This document shows positions 13,488 to 25,100 of a stretch of 64,000 nucleotides of DNA, in pieces. A program made the translations under genes and the position numbers. The notes below the pieces were generated by a model. The model was not told the origin of the DNA. It saw only the letters and a list, made by a program, of their open reading frames with translations, and made no database searches. Source of the DNA: Harriotta raleighana (taxonomy: Eukaryota); NCBI GenBank assembly GCA_050575255.1, contig JBNZDD010013676.1, positions 423,764 to 487,763 of the forward strand, read 5' to 3'. The number at the start of each line of letters is the position of its first letter. The first letter of the stretch is position 1.

Positions 13488-14751
13488 CTAACAAGAAAAA
13501 AACAGAACCATGAATAAATAGCAACAAGACATTACATTTACACAACGCATTTCATACTGGACGGACGTCCAAAGGTGTTGCATAGTGCAGGATCTAGTAA
13601 TGTATTATATCTTTTCTATTCCAAGTGTCGCAACCAGTTCACCAATAAATCAACCAGTCCATTGAATAATTATTAGTTTGGGGAAAAGGGCAAAAGGATA
13701 AACTACCGACGCAAGAGTTTATTGGCAAATACTCATTGTTGAAAAACTGATTTGCTAAATAATGTTACTATGTTCAACAGCAACTCCAGGTGAAGCACTT
13801 TGGAATGTTTTGAGTACAAGAATGCAAGCTGTTTATTCTTTCTAATTTTATTCCAGACAAGTGGGGTAAACACATCATACAAGCAGTAATGGCAACTTGT
13901 GATGGCAAATGACAAGAAGAATCTAGGACACACAGAACAAATCGACTGTGTGGCACAGTAACCTGGGTAAAACAGAACTGGATTTAGCGTTCTTGTGAGA
14001 AAAGTCCCACAGTAGATTTTTACCATGTCTTCTGGATGGTCACAATCCTGTATAGAGAGCATGGAAATCCCTTGACCAAACAGGACGGATTTACATTTAA
14101 GAAAACAATCAAGTATGTTCAATAATTGACTAAATCAATCTTGTTTGAGAGAAGTTGTAAAATTGTATAAGTGGGAAACACTGCTACATGGAAAATTATT
14201 CAATGTTAGCGAAAAGCTACATTAAGAGATTCACATTTATTTTTCTGTTTACTTCAGTTGCTGTTTTTCCTAATTCTCTACTACAGAGAGGCTAAAGGCT
14301 CTAGCTACTATTTCAGGAGAAGGGCAACTGCTAGGTGAACAAGTGGTCATTTTGCTCAAGTTGCATGATCCGTACCAAACACTATCCTGCCTCATCACTG
14401 AATAGGAAGGTCAAAATAAAGTATTGGTTATACTAAGCCCACATTGTACTATCAATCAATCAATCAAAATTACATTTATATAGCGCCTTTCACGTTGGGA
14501 GGACGGCCCAAGGCGCTGTACAGTTAAGTAAGGATCAGAGCAGGGTGAGAAGGGTCGGGGGAAGGGAAGGAAAGCAGGAAAAATTGACTGTATATTTGTG
14601 GGCGAAAATACGGCAGCCAAATTGCAGTGTCCCACAATACTACTTTAAGATACTCCAATGCACAAAATACTGTTTCCATTTTAATAAAATCTGCAATCAA
14701 ACTAATCAGTAACTACTTTTTCTGGAAGTTAATGAAGGAACTGATACTTAC

Positions 14752-14808
14752 TCGGATCTGGTTCTTCAGCTGCTCAGCCTCCTGACGTAACTGGTCCAAT
14801 TCACTCAT
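14752..14808 (-). CDS. GNB1: G protein beta-1 subunit, first coding exon (MSELDQLRQEAEQLKNQIR); the exon extends to 14858 as 5'UTR
   Basis: ATG at 14808-14806, 57 nt, followed by a GTAAG donor; acceptor TTTAG at 14859. MSELDQ is GNB1-type (GNB2/4 have MSELEQ). Confidence 0.97.
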
Positions 14809-17159
14809 TTTCCTGTACTGAAGTGTGCTTTATTGCCTCCACCGGACACTCACAAGATCTAAAGGCAGAACAGTATCAAGTCACAAGATGCTTACAATAT
14901 CAAGAATTCATTCTGCGAACTAAAAACCCTTTATGACTAAAATGTGGTTAAACATGAAGGAGTGTGGGAGAGGCAAGAGAGAAGGTTTAAGAATAGCGTT
15001 TTAACAAAAATTTAAAAAAAGAAACCGCAAAGTAACCTAAATCGATCGGAGAGGTCAATAAATACTAAATGGATTATAAAACATACTGTGGGCAGGACTG
15101 CAAAATATATATAGTTATATTTATTTTATTAAAATATTACTTGTGTAATATACAGGGTCCTTTCTACACCTATTATGCAATAGACCATGCTATAACATGT
15201 AACATTTTTAGGTAGAGATTTGTCTTGCAGTGCCTTCTGATAAGAAAGTATTTTCAAGATGGAAGGATAATGCATTAACCCTTCCAGTTATGAAATACTT
15301 ACAAAACTTCTGTGAGTTTATATCCTAACCCTAAGTGCTTTGCTACAGTCTCGCTGAATCCCTAGGTGTATTTTTCCAGCAATGTCCTTCATTTAGATGG
15401 AGTGTTGATTCAGCCGCTCAGCAAAATCGGATTTAACAAAAAAATGCTGATTATATAAGCCTACCTCAATCCGTGACCCAAATCCAGTTGTCAGACACAC
15501 AACTGCAAGCATTCATGCTATTACCCTTATTCATAATAAGCCGACAATAATCTATAATTTAGATAGAACTAGTGCCTAGTTAATAGCTATTTTGCCTTTC
15601 ATACATGCAGGAACAAACTGTAAAACATGATCTGTTATTCTGGGAAATTGGTTTCTACCACAGGAAAACAGAAATAGATACATAATTCTATCCTTAGTTG
15701 CATATTATGAAATTCAAGAGTTTGAGTTTTCTTGCATCTTTTCAATAAGAGCATGCATTTTTTTTTCACAAGTTAAAAACATTTCATGAGCAAGTGGTTT
15801 TCAACTTGAAACCAGTTATCTAAGATGGGAGCCCACCCACTCAGAATTTTGTCCCACCACACTAAAAATGTGTACAACCTGCTCCGATATAGTGTCTTTT
15901 ACATACGATGCAAATCTCAAAACTCTTCTAATGAATCAGGATGCTACGAGACAAGAAGCAGGTCATTTTGTGATGACCAAATGACTCGAAAGTGTCTTTA
16001 CAATCAAGAGGGTAAGGGAGAGGACATGTGAGGATGTTCACAAAAGTACAATCAAAATGATACTCAACACCTTTTAGACTGATGTACCAATATAAAGAGT
16101 ATCCATTGGACATCTTAGGAACCAGCAATAAACCTGCACTTTTTCTACATGTAAATCACTTAAGGAAAAAATAAGCTTTGTTCAAAACCTGCAAACTAAT
16201 GTGGCAAATCGTACTTTAAGCATCAATGCATTTTTCCAGCTAAATATTCATTCCCAAGAGACAAACTACATTTTCCAGCAGCACTAGTTGTTCGTCAACA
16301 TGTAACCAATTGTTCAGAACAATAAAAAAAAATTGTACCTTTGATAAAAATGTTAGGAACATAAATGGAAGTTAATCATGGATAAAATTAGCATTTGTTT
16401 ACTCACCAAGATGCCAACCTGTATACGTAACGTCCAGGTGGACCAGAAGCAAATTGAAAGTGCATTGAATTAATCTATTAACTACAAACAGGCTTTCAAT
16501 CTAAACACTGATTGGCCTAGCTCTCCAAACTGGGCCTGTGGCAAGGCGATGACACCAAATCCTTTAATCTGTTTATGAAAATATGCCAACGTTAATGCTA
16601 TCAAAATAAGATCCTAATCCATCGGCCTGTCAGTACTACTTACTGTAGAGTGCAATGAATGACCTGCATGTCATTTCTAAATGCACTGCTTACTTCACTT
16701 ACAATGTGGCCTTAACTTTTTCAGCAGCTTGTGCTTCTGGAGCGTTTCACTACACAATGGAGGTCAAATTAAATCCTTACCATATTACAGAACTTTTAAG
16801 GCAGGCTAAGTGAAATAGAACCAAAATAGCAACCATCATCTTTGCAACATTTCCATCAACTCCCCCCCAAAAAATAAAATACAACCAAGTTTACCCACTG
16901 AAATTATGCTGGTTTCTCAATCAAACTGTTTTATATATTACATATATTATATGCATGTATTTACACACAAAGTCAATTCACTTATTATATTCTGTGAAGC
17001 TCTTGGAGGTCAAAAATGTGAAGACGCTACATGAAGTGCAAGAAATATTATTAATGACTGCCCCTTGTCTAACATTTGCTCCAGATACTTTCACTATTTT
17101 AATCTATAGACTCCAACTCAAATCTTCAAGTAGGTAAAATTCTATATTAATACCGTGTT

Positions 17160-17560
17160 TTGTCACCTCAATGCTCGACTATGGCAAATCCCTCTTTGTC
17201 AGCCACCCCAACTCTTCCCTCCACAAGCTACAATCATGTAATGTCTCACACCAGGCTCCATGACCCAATCACCCCCACACTCACCCAGCTCCATTGGCTC
17301 CACATTCCTCAGAGGATCGAATTCAAGGTCCTTGTCCTCACTTTCAAGGCCCTCCAGGACCTTGCCCCCTTCTACCTTTCTGACCCCTTGTCTGCTCTCT
17401 CTGTTCAGCAGGCTCTGGCCTGCACCATGTTCTCCCGCTAGACTCGCCCTACCAATGGCGGCCGTGCCTTCAGGCGCTCCGCCCATACCTATGCTTTGGA
17501 ACTTTATTCCACAATCCCTTTTACCTGCTTCCTCCCTTGCCTCCTTCAAGACGAGTCTTC
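17160..17560 (+). mobile_element. L2 LINE ORF2 3' fragment
   Basis: DPITPTLTQLHWLHIPQRIEFKVLVLTFKAL. Confidence 0.85.
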
Positions 17561-17858
17561 TGTAAGGTCACTCTGCTGGGGACCTTACAGCACTCTGGCT
17601 GTAATATTGATTTAAACAATCTCAGGCCATAACAGCTCACCTATCTGCCTCGTCTGCAACCTATTTTTTGCCAATTTCATTTCCTTTCTTTTAAAAAAAA
17701 GGGACCTGGGATCGATTCCAGGCAGTGCGAAACCTTGGGCAAGTTTCCTTACTCCACAAGCCTAATAATAGTCCCTATATATAAAAAAAAGGTCATTTCA
17801 ATCCACGACTTTGTGGGATACTGCTGTGCACAATTGGCTGCTACTTTTCACCCACATA

Positions 17859-18259
17859 CAGTAAAACCTTGTTTATCTGTGACTCGATGAACCGGAAAAC
17901 CTGTTCAACCGCCATCTCAAAAAAAAGTTCCCAATTCGATGAACCGGAAGTTATCCATCAAATAGTGATGACGCGTTTAATGAATCGACTGTCGCACACG
18001 AGTATTGGTGCAAGTACTCACAGCTGACCGCGAATTAGGTCTAAACTCACTCGTGCTAACCTCCATCAGGTAAGGGGTGCCGTTGCGAAGTTAAGTAGAA
18101 ATAATAAAGCACTAATAAAATATTCTGTTATTATTTAGTCTATTATTAATTTGGCATGTGCTAAAATAATTTCTTTTTTTTTTACAAGAATTCAACCGGA
18201 AAACCGTTTAACCGCCACTGGCCAGGTCCTGTGAGTGCCAGATAATCCAGGTTTCACTG
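17859..18259. mobile_element. Same MITE family, copy 2 (opposite orientation), inside a SINE
   Basis: CAGTAAAACCTTGTTTATC ... GATAATCCAGGTTTCACTG with TA target duplication; splits SINE 17700-18350. Confidence 0.85.
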
Positions 18260-18379
18260 TATATACAGTAAATTCATTTCACAGTATACTCTGTGAAGTG
18301 TTTTGAAATGCCTAGAAGACATGAAAAGTGCTATATCAAGGATTATTATTAATAACATTATTAATACCTCTTTGCGGTT

Positions 18380-18655
18380 TTGTTGCAAGTCCCCCTTTTG
18401 TTTGACAACATTAACACCTCTTTAATCCATCATCTCCTGTCCTCTACCCCATTTTCTCCTTGGTCTTCCTTGTCCTATCTCTCCATTCTTTGTTAATCTT
18501 TAAAAGCCTCTCACTCCCAATTTGCCCAGTTCTGACGATGGGTCGTGGACCTGATACTTTGAGTCACTTTTCCTTTCTCCATAGATTGACCTGTTGAGTG
18601 TTCGCATCGATGACTGTTTTTGCTTCAGATTTCTAGCATCTGCAGTATTTTGTGT
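18380..18655 (+). mobile_element. Penelope-like element terminal fragment (decayed)
   Basis: Pyrimidine-rich run, then ctgacga-gggtc-gacct-gatac ... ttcagatttctagcatctgcagt, resembling chondrichthyan Penelope ends as I recall them. Confidence 0.55.
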
Positions 18656-20709
18656 GTTCCCCCCCCCACCACCCCGAGACCTCCCTTTTCGACTTTAGTC
18701 ACTGCCCTACTTCATCCCAATCCTGCCCCCACTCTTAATATCCAGTGACACCATACTATTCAAACCAATTTCTAAGTTGTGATCTCTTTGCTCATTTCAT
18801 ATTGTTGTGACTTGCTGCTGCTGGGATGGCCTATTGATGTGAGAGGTGCTATACAACTGTAATTTTGTTATTGTTATTCACATAAAACCATTCATTTCAG
18901 ATCAATCTCATTCTAAAGTGCTTCAAGTTTATGTAAATCATAGAATCTTACGAGACAAAGGGAGGCCATTTAGCCCATTGAGTCTGTGCCGGTTCTTTGA
19001 AAAGAGTAATTCAATCCCACTCCCTAGCTCTCCTCCCATAACCGGGCAAGCCCGTGCTCCCCAAATAAACGCCCACCTCTTTTAAAAGTTGTTATCGAAT
19101 CGGCCTCGGTGAAGGGCGTGATACAATAATGTATGGCATTGTATTCGCTTGCACATTACCACAGTAATTTACCTTTCCAGCACTATTCCAAAAGGAAGTG
19201 CTATAAACTAAATTCTTACCTGCTTGAATGATTTCCAGCCTCATTGGCTCTAATTGTTTCTGCTTAGCATGGGACTGAAGAGCTGCACACCCTGACAACT
19301 GTTGAAATTTATTTTCTATATCACTACCACAACAACAATCTTATTTTGCTAGTTCCAGGAGTACCATAGTGCAAAGAAAACTAGATAAGCAGCAATATGG
19401 AGGCTAAATCTTAATCTGCCCAAATTGCTGGCCTGTTAAGGTGGTGATGGCGCCAGATGTCTTTCTGAGTATATGCAAAATAACATCATGTGGTTAGTGA
19501 CATCAGGAAGAGAAGCACTAACTGGTGAAGTACCTCATTATAAAGCCGGTTGGGGTTTTATGAATCCCAGCTACTAAACAATATGTTCTAAAGTACTGCA
19601 CTACAACACTTTTAGTGAAAGTATTACCATGTTGGATTCTAATAATGGCAACCCAAGAATTTCCACTGCCTTAATGTATACTATTACACATGCATCTGAG
19701 TAGGAAGAACGTCTGTCAAGAAATACAACAAATACCCCCGATGACCAAGATCAAGTGGAGGACGGAATGCAATTAGAAGCAGTCTGAAATATGCTGGGCT
19801 GCCAGCATAATGGAATTTCCCGTTTAAATTGTAAGATAACAGTATGCAAGCTGCACACTGACTATTGTGTGCTGCTATTTGTTTTGCTGAACTCTGGGGT
19901 ACATCTACATAGGCCAGCAATGTTAACCTAGGTCACAGATTGCTTATTCACAGGTTCTCCTGAAGGGCAGCATTTCAACTTTTGGAGGTGCTGATCAAAA
20001 CTTCTGATGTGGTAGTGCTTGCCCACACAGGCATTTAATTTACCTAGCTGTACCTCTATAAAAAGCTGAGCTAACGAGTCGAGCATTCTAGAATTTCTGT
20101 TAAAATTTAGAGGAAAAAAAATCATTTAAACATTACACATGTTTAACATGCACACCCCCATCTGAACTGGTCAACTTTTATTTTACATTTATTTTAGTTC
20201 AACCGATTGCAGAATTCAGGAAAGTTCCAGCAGTCCAACAACTGATTTATAAATTATATATGTTCATTGTGTATTGGTGTCGTTATCTTGTAATATAAAC
20301 AGTGCTGGCAACCAAACTTATTGCAGAGTGCTTCTAATTAAACCCCCAAGGTGCTATTCTGCCTGGCAAAGAATTGTATATTGAGGGCATTTTGGCACAT
20401 TTCTCAACAGGCTTGCTTTTTTAATTAATTGCCTGTATAAAGCATATATGAAGGAGATGACAATCAATGGGAGGTGATCAAAATGATTGTTGACTGTCTA
20501 TATCAACCCACATTCCATTGTTTGGTGTCACTGAAATCTACTCTGTCCAGCTACTTCCAGCATGATTATGAGTCAGAGCAATGCTAAACTCTGTAGCAAT
20601 AAACCTCAACCAAGTGCCACATTTTGATATCCCTGAAACAACCATGTTCAAGTGGAGTATATTGTATTCACAATCAATCAATGTTACCATGTAAATTTCT
20701 ACCAAACCG

Positions 20710-21100
20710 TCCCTTCAATTCAAGATCCTGGTCCTCTCCTTCAAAACCTTCAAAGGCCTGGCCCCACTCTACCTTTGTGACTTCCTACCTTCTAACCCCC
20801 TACCTGCCAGCACCTTCCACTTAACAGGCTCTGTCCTGCTCCGTGTCCCCCGACACACCATCGGCGGGCGAGTCTTCAGCCACTCTGCCTCTAACCTCTG
20901 GAATTCCATCCTGCGGGTCCTCTGCCTTGCCCCCTCTAGCTACCACCTCGAAACTCTCCTCTTCGACGGTCCCATCGGTCATCTCAAATCCTTTCCATTC
21001 CCTCCACGATCCCAATTCGGATCTGAAATATTGACTGTCCAGCGCCTTGGGACATCCTCCCGACATGAAAGGCGTAATACAAATATAGTTGTTGTTGTAT
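20710..21100 (+). mobile_element. L2 LINE 3' fragment with intact tail
   Basis: ORF2 C-terminal remnants, then cagcgccttgggacatcctcccgacatgaaaggcg...(ttg)n. Confidence 0.8.
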
Positions 21101-21319
21101 TCTTAGAAATAAACCTGGAGCAGATTTCAGCTTTTTAATTAACTGAAGAATAGACTAACACAGAAAAGGTGATGGTAAAACAAGTTGCAATTTTCTATTT
21201 TCATTCACATCATTCACACAGAATTGTCAGACAAATATGCAATTGTAACACATGAGGTTCCTGAAAACACAGGTATCCTGTTGCTCAGGGGTTAGAGCAC
21301 TTGCCATGCAAGCAAGATA

Positions 21320-22127
21320 CAGTAAAACCTTGTTTATCCGTGACTCGAATAATCGGAAAACCCCCCCTTCAACCGCCAACTCAAAAAAAAAGTCCCGGTC
21401 CGACTAACCGNCCCCTTCAACCGCCAACTAAAAAAAAAAGTCCCGGTCCGACTAACCGTAAGTTATCCGGTGACGCGTTGAATGTCGGGTCTTAACTCGT
21501 TCCGGGTCTTTTTAAAACTCGTGGTTATTTTACGTCGTTTGAATGGATGAGTGCCTGGTCATTGGGAAGTAAGTGCTGTATATAATAATAAATTTAACGG
21601 CCAGAGAGAGAGGGAGGCCGGGTAGTGGGGGGGGGGGGAGGAGGAAACGGAGAGAGAGGGGGAGGGAGGATGGAATGGAGAGAAAGAGAGAGGGGGGAAT
21701 GAGATATGGGGAAAGGGAGAGTGGGAGAGAGAGGAAAGGGTGGGGGGGACAGAATTTATGATGGATTTAGACTGAATATCTTTGAGGGTCTGTGTCTGTC
21801 TGCGTGTGTGGGTCTATCTGTGTGTTTGTGTGTCTGTGTGTGCTGGCCGTTAGGTCTAAACTCGTTGCTTTTTAAAGTCGCGTTTTTTACCTCCCGTCGA
21901 AACCAGTGCTCCAATTGTGAACTTAAGTATAAATAATCATGTACTAATAGAATATTCTATTATTATTTATTCCATTATTAATATGGTATGTGTTCAAATC
22001 ATTTAATTTTTTTTGGAAAAATTATATTTAATTAAAAAAATCAAAAAAAAAAAAATGTTCAACCAGAAAAAACGTTTAACTGCCACTGGCCAGGTCCTGT
22101 GGGTACCAGATAAACAAGGTTTTACTG
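21320..22127. mobile_element. Same MITE family, copy 3, inside a SINE tRNA head
   Basis: Perfect 19-bp TIRs CAGTAAAACCTTGTTTATC / GATAAACAAGGTTTTACTG, TA on both sides. Confidence 0.88.
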
Positions 22128-22204
22128 TACTTGGATTCAATTCCTGGCAGGGCAAAATGTTGGGCAAGTTTCCTTACTCTTCACACCACTATTTATCTAG
22201 TACT

Positions 22205-22800
22205 GTGGAGCTCCTGTGGCTCAGTAGTTAGAGCACTCGCCTTACAAGCATGAGACCTGTGTTCAAATCCAGGCAGATCAGGGCGAAACCTTGGGAAAGT
22301 TTCCACATGCCTAATAATAATCCCTCAAAAAAAAACACAATAATAAAATTGGTCATTTCAATCCACGACTATTTGTGTGCAATTGGCTGCCGCGTTCTGC
22401 CCACAAATACAGTCAATTCACTTTACAGTATATTCTGTGAAGCGCTTTGGGATGTTGATATATGAAAAGCGCTATATCAAATGCAAGGATTATTATTATA
22501 ACTGTATTGTGGTGTCCTGTATCTTAAAGAACTCACCTTACAAGCGAGAGATCTGGGTTCTATTTCCAGCATGGTGAAACCTTCAGCAAGTTTTCTTACT
22601 CCAAACACCTAATAATAATAATCCCTCAAATAAAATTAGTCACTTCAATCCATGACTGTTGTGGGATACTGCTGTGTGCAACTGACTGCCCCGTTTCACC
22701 CAAATATACAGTCAATTAATTTTACAGTATATTCTGTGAAGCACTTTGAGATGCCTAGAAGACGTGATAAGGCGCTAAATCAAATGCAAGGATTATTATC
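22205..22800 (+). mobile_element. Two tandem copies of the tRNA-derived SINE (short form)
   Basis: Near full-length 22205-22500 (A box gtggctcagtagttagag, B box gttcaaatcc, core gcaattggctgccgcgt, tail gcgctatatcaaatgcaagg(att)n), then a second copy 22505-22800. Confidence 0.88.
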
Positions 22801-23924
22801 ATAGAATCCATTTGAAAATAACTCAAGAAACTCACAACTTATTTTACTTTTAAAAGACAGAGTGGTGAAAAGCTATCCAAATCATCCTTCCTTCACACTC
22901 TGCAAAACACGAAACATTGTACGAACATGGTAGTTGATCAGTTTATTTACAGCATATGGATGTTCACCAAACCCTTGTCTGTTTTCGCTCTGTCTGTTAC
23001 TGAGGTTAAATGGGCATTAAAGTAAACAAACAGAAATCGATTAAGAGCTACAATATTGAAAAACAGAACCAATAAATTAATTTATAAATGTCCATGTTCT
23101 TTGTACCACAATCCCTAAATTCATATATACATAAATAAATGATTGCCCTGTGTTAGCAGCATATGCTTGGCTAATCCAATCAATGCAAAAAGATAGGTTT
23201 GATTAACATTCAAGGCAGCTAATTAAATAAGATACCTCAAGACTTCTACAACAGAAATCTTATTAGTGTAGATAGCCATCTCATTTCATTCACAGTAGTT
23301 ATTAGCTGACAAAAGTTCAGCTGAAGGTTCAAGTTTTCTACAAAATCTATATTCTCAAATATCTTGGTGAGATTTTGTTATTTTCTTTGCATTGTTCTTA
23401 TTCATCTACTGCAATAATAAAACTCACTAATTGACTGGATCCTTCATGGATTTAACAGAATTATTCAGGCAGTTATCAAACTGACTGCATTTTTTTAAAA
23501 AAAAGCCTACAATGGGCATGCCAACCAACTAATTGGAAGGCCACATCTGAAAAAAAAAGGTGCTAACTGAATTCTCTGATTCAGATTCCCATCAAGCATC
23601 CCGTTAAGGTTGTGCTTCCACCACTGAATCCAGCATCAGAAACTGCCTTCAAGAGTAGAGAAAATTGGGAAGAGAAATTGTTTCCATGTTCTTTGCCCTC
23701 CACGTACCATGAATCACACTTCAAGAACAATTAATTAAGTATGATAACCCAATAATGTTTATATACTGAATATTTTGCTCACAATGAGATATACAGCATC
23801 GTATAATGTGACAAGAACTCTAAATGTCTCTTGCTACATTTAGGTCAAGATAACTACAGTTCAGCACTTGAATGTTCAAGATGTGAAATGAAAGTTAATC
23901 AGCCGGCCCACTGCTCCCACCAAA

Positions 23925-24700
23925 ACTGTTATAGAAACAGGAGTAGGCCATTCAGCCCGTTGAGCCTGTTCCGTCATTTGATCAGATCATGGCCGATCTG
24001 TATCTCTGATGCATTTAATTCCAATTTCCAGCTTTCTCCCCATGCCTTAATACCTCGATCTACCAAAAATTTATCAACCTCAACCACGACCTTTTGAGAC
24101 AGTGAATTCCATATTTCTACCACCCTTTAAGTGAAAAGATATTTCCTGATTTCATCCCTAAATGGCCTTGTTCTAATTTTAAAACTGTCCCCTTATTTTG
24201 CATTCCCCCACCAGAGGAAATAGCTTCTCTCTATCTATCCTAGAATCCTAAAAACTATCAAATCACCCCTCAATTTTCTGAACAATACAATCCAAGTTTA
24301 TGCAGCCTTTCCTCATAATTTAACCCTTTTAGGTATGGTAACATTCAAGCACTCTGAGACGCCATCCAGCGTGGAGGGTGTTATATAAATCGAAGTTGTT
24401 GTTGTTATTCTGTGTTGCACCCCCTCCAGGGCCAACATATATTTCCTGAAGTGTGATGCCCAACACTAAACGCAGGTGGGGTCTGACTAACTAAGGCTCC
24501 ATACAGCTGAGGCCTCATTTCTTCCCCTTTGTATTCCAGGCCTCTTGAGATAAAGGCCAACATTCCATTTGCCTTTTTGATTATGCTCTGCACCTGGGAA
24601 CTAGTTTTTAGTAATTTGTGGATGCAGACACCCAAATCTTTTTGCTCCCCCCCACAGCTCTTAATTTCTCCCCATTAAGATAACATTCTGCCCTATTTTT
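23925..24700 (-). mobile_element. CR1 LINE 3' fragments
   Basis: IIKKANGMLAFISRGLEYK...LYGALV, plus a CR1-type 3'UTR (ggagtaggccattcagccc on plus). Confidence 0.8.
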
Positions 24701-25087
24701 ATATTACATTAAACTCCACCTGTTCCACCCTAGAAGCATCTCAAATACACCCAAAACAATTGCATTTCTATAGTACCATGACACAGGGTTGTGTTCTAGA
24801 GCAATGGCTGAGCTGGGGGGAGGTGATCAAAGGAACAGTAGAAGGTCTTCAAGCGCGATCTAAACAACAGACAACAAAATTACATTTGTATAGCGCCTTT
24901 CATGTCAGGAGGATGTCCCAAGGCATTAAAGATGGGGAAGGTAGAAAGCAAGGCGGAAGGTCAGAGGAAGAGTGTTCCAGAGTTTCGGGGCACCAGTAAC
25001 TACCATTTATGTAGCTGACTCCCAATTTAAACAACTTAAATTTTCTACTTCAAATAATTAAAAGGGGGGGGGGGGGGGGGGGGGGGG

Positions 25088-25100
25088 NNNNNNNNNNNNN
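25088..25100. other. Assembly gap (13 N) after a poly-G run
   Basis: N run flanked by G homopolymer. Confidence 0.95.

Noticed and set aside
16407-16481. Possible extra GNB1 5'UTR exon (donor TTG/gtgagt); also an isolated perfect donor at 35075
   Set aside because: Weak or missing acceptors; cannot be supported without transcript data.
21363-21458. ~48-bp tandem repeat inside MITE copy 3
   Set aside because: Centred on the N at 21411; likely assembly overlap.
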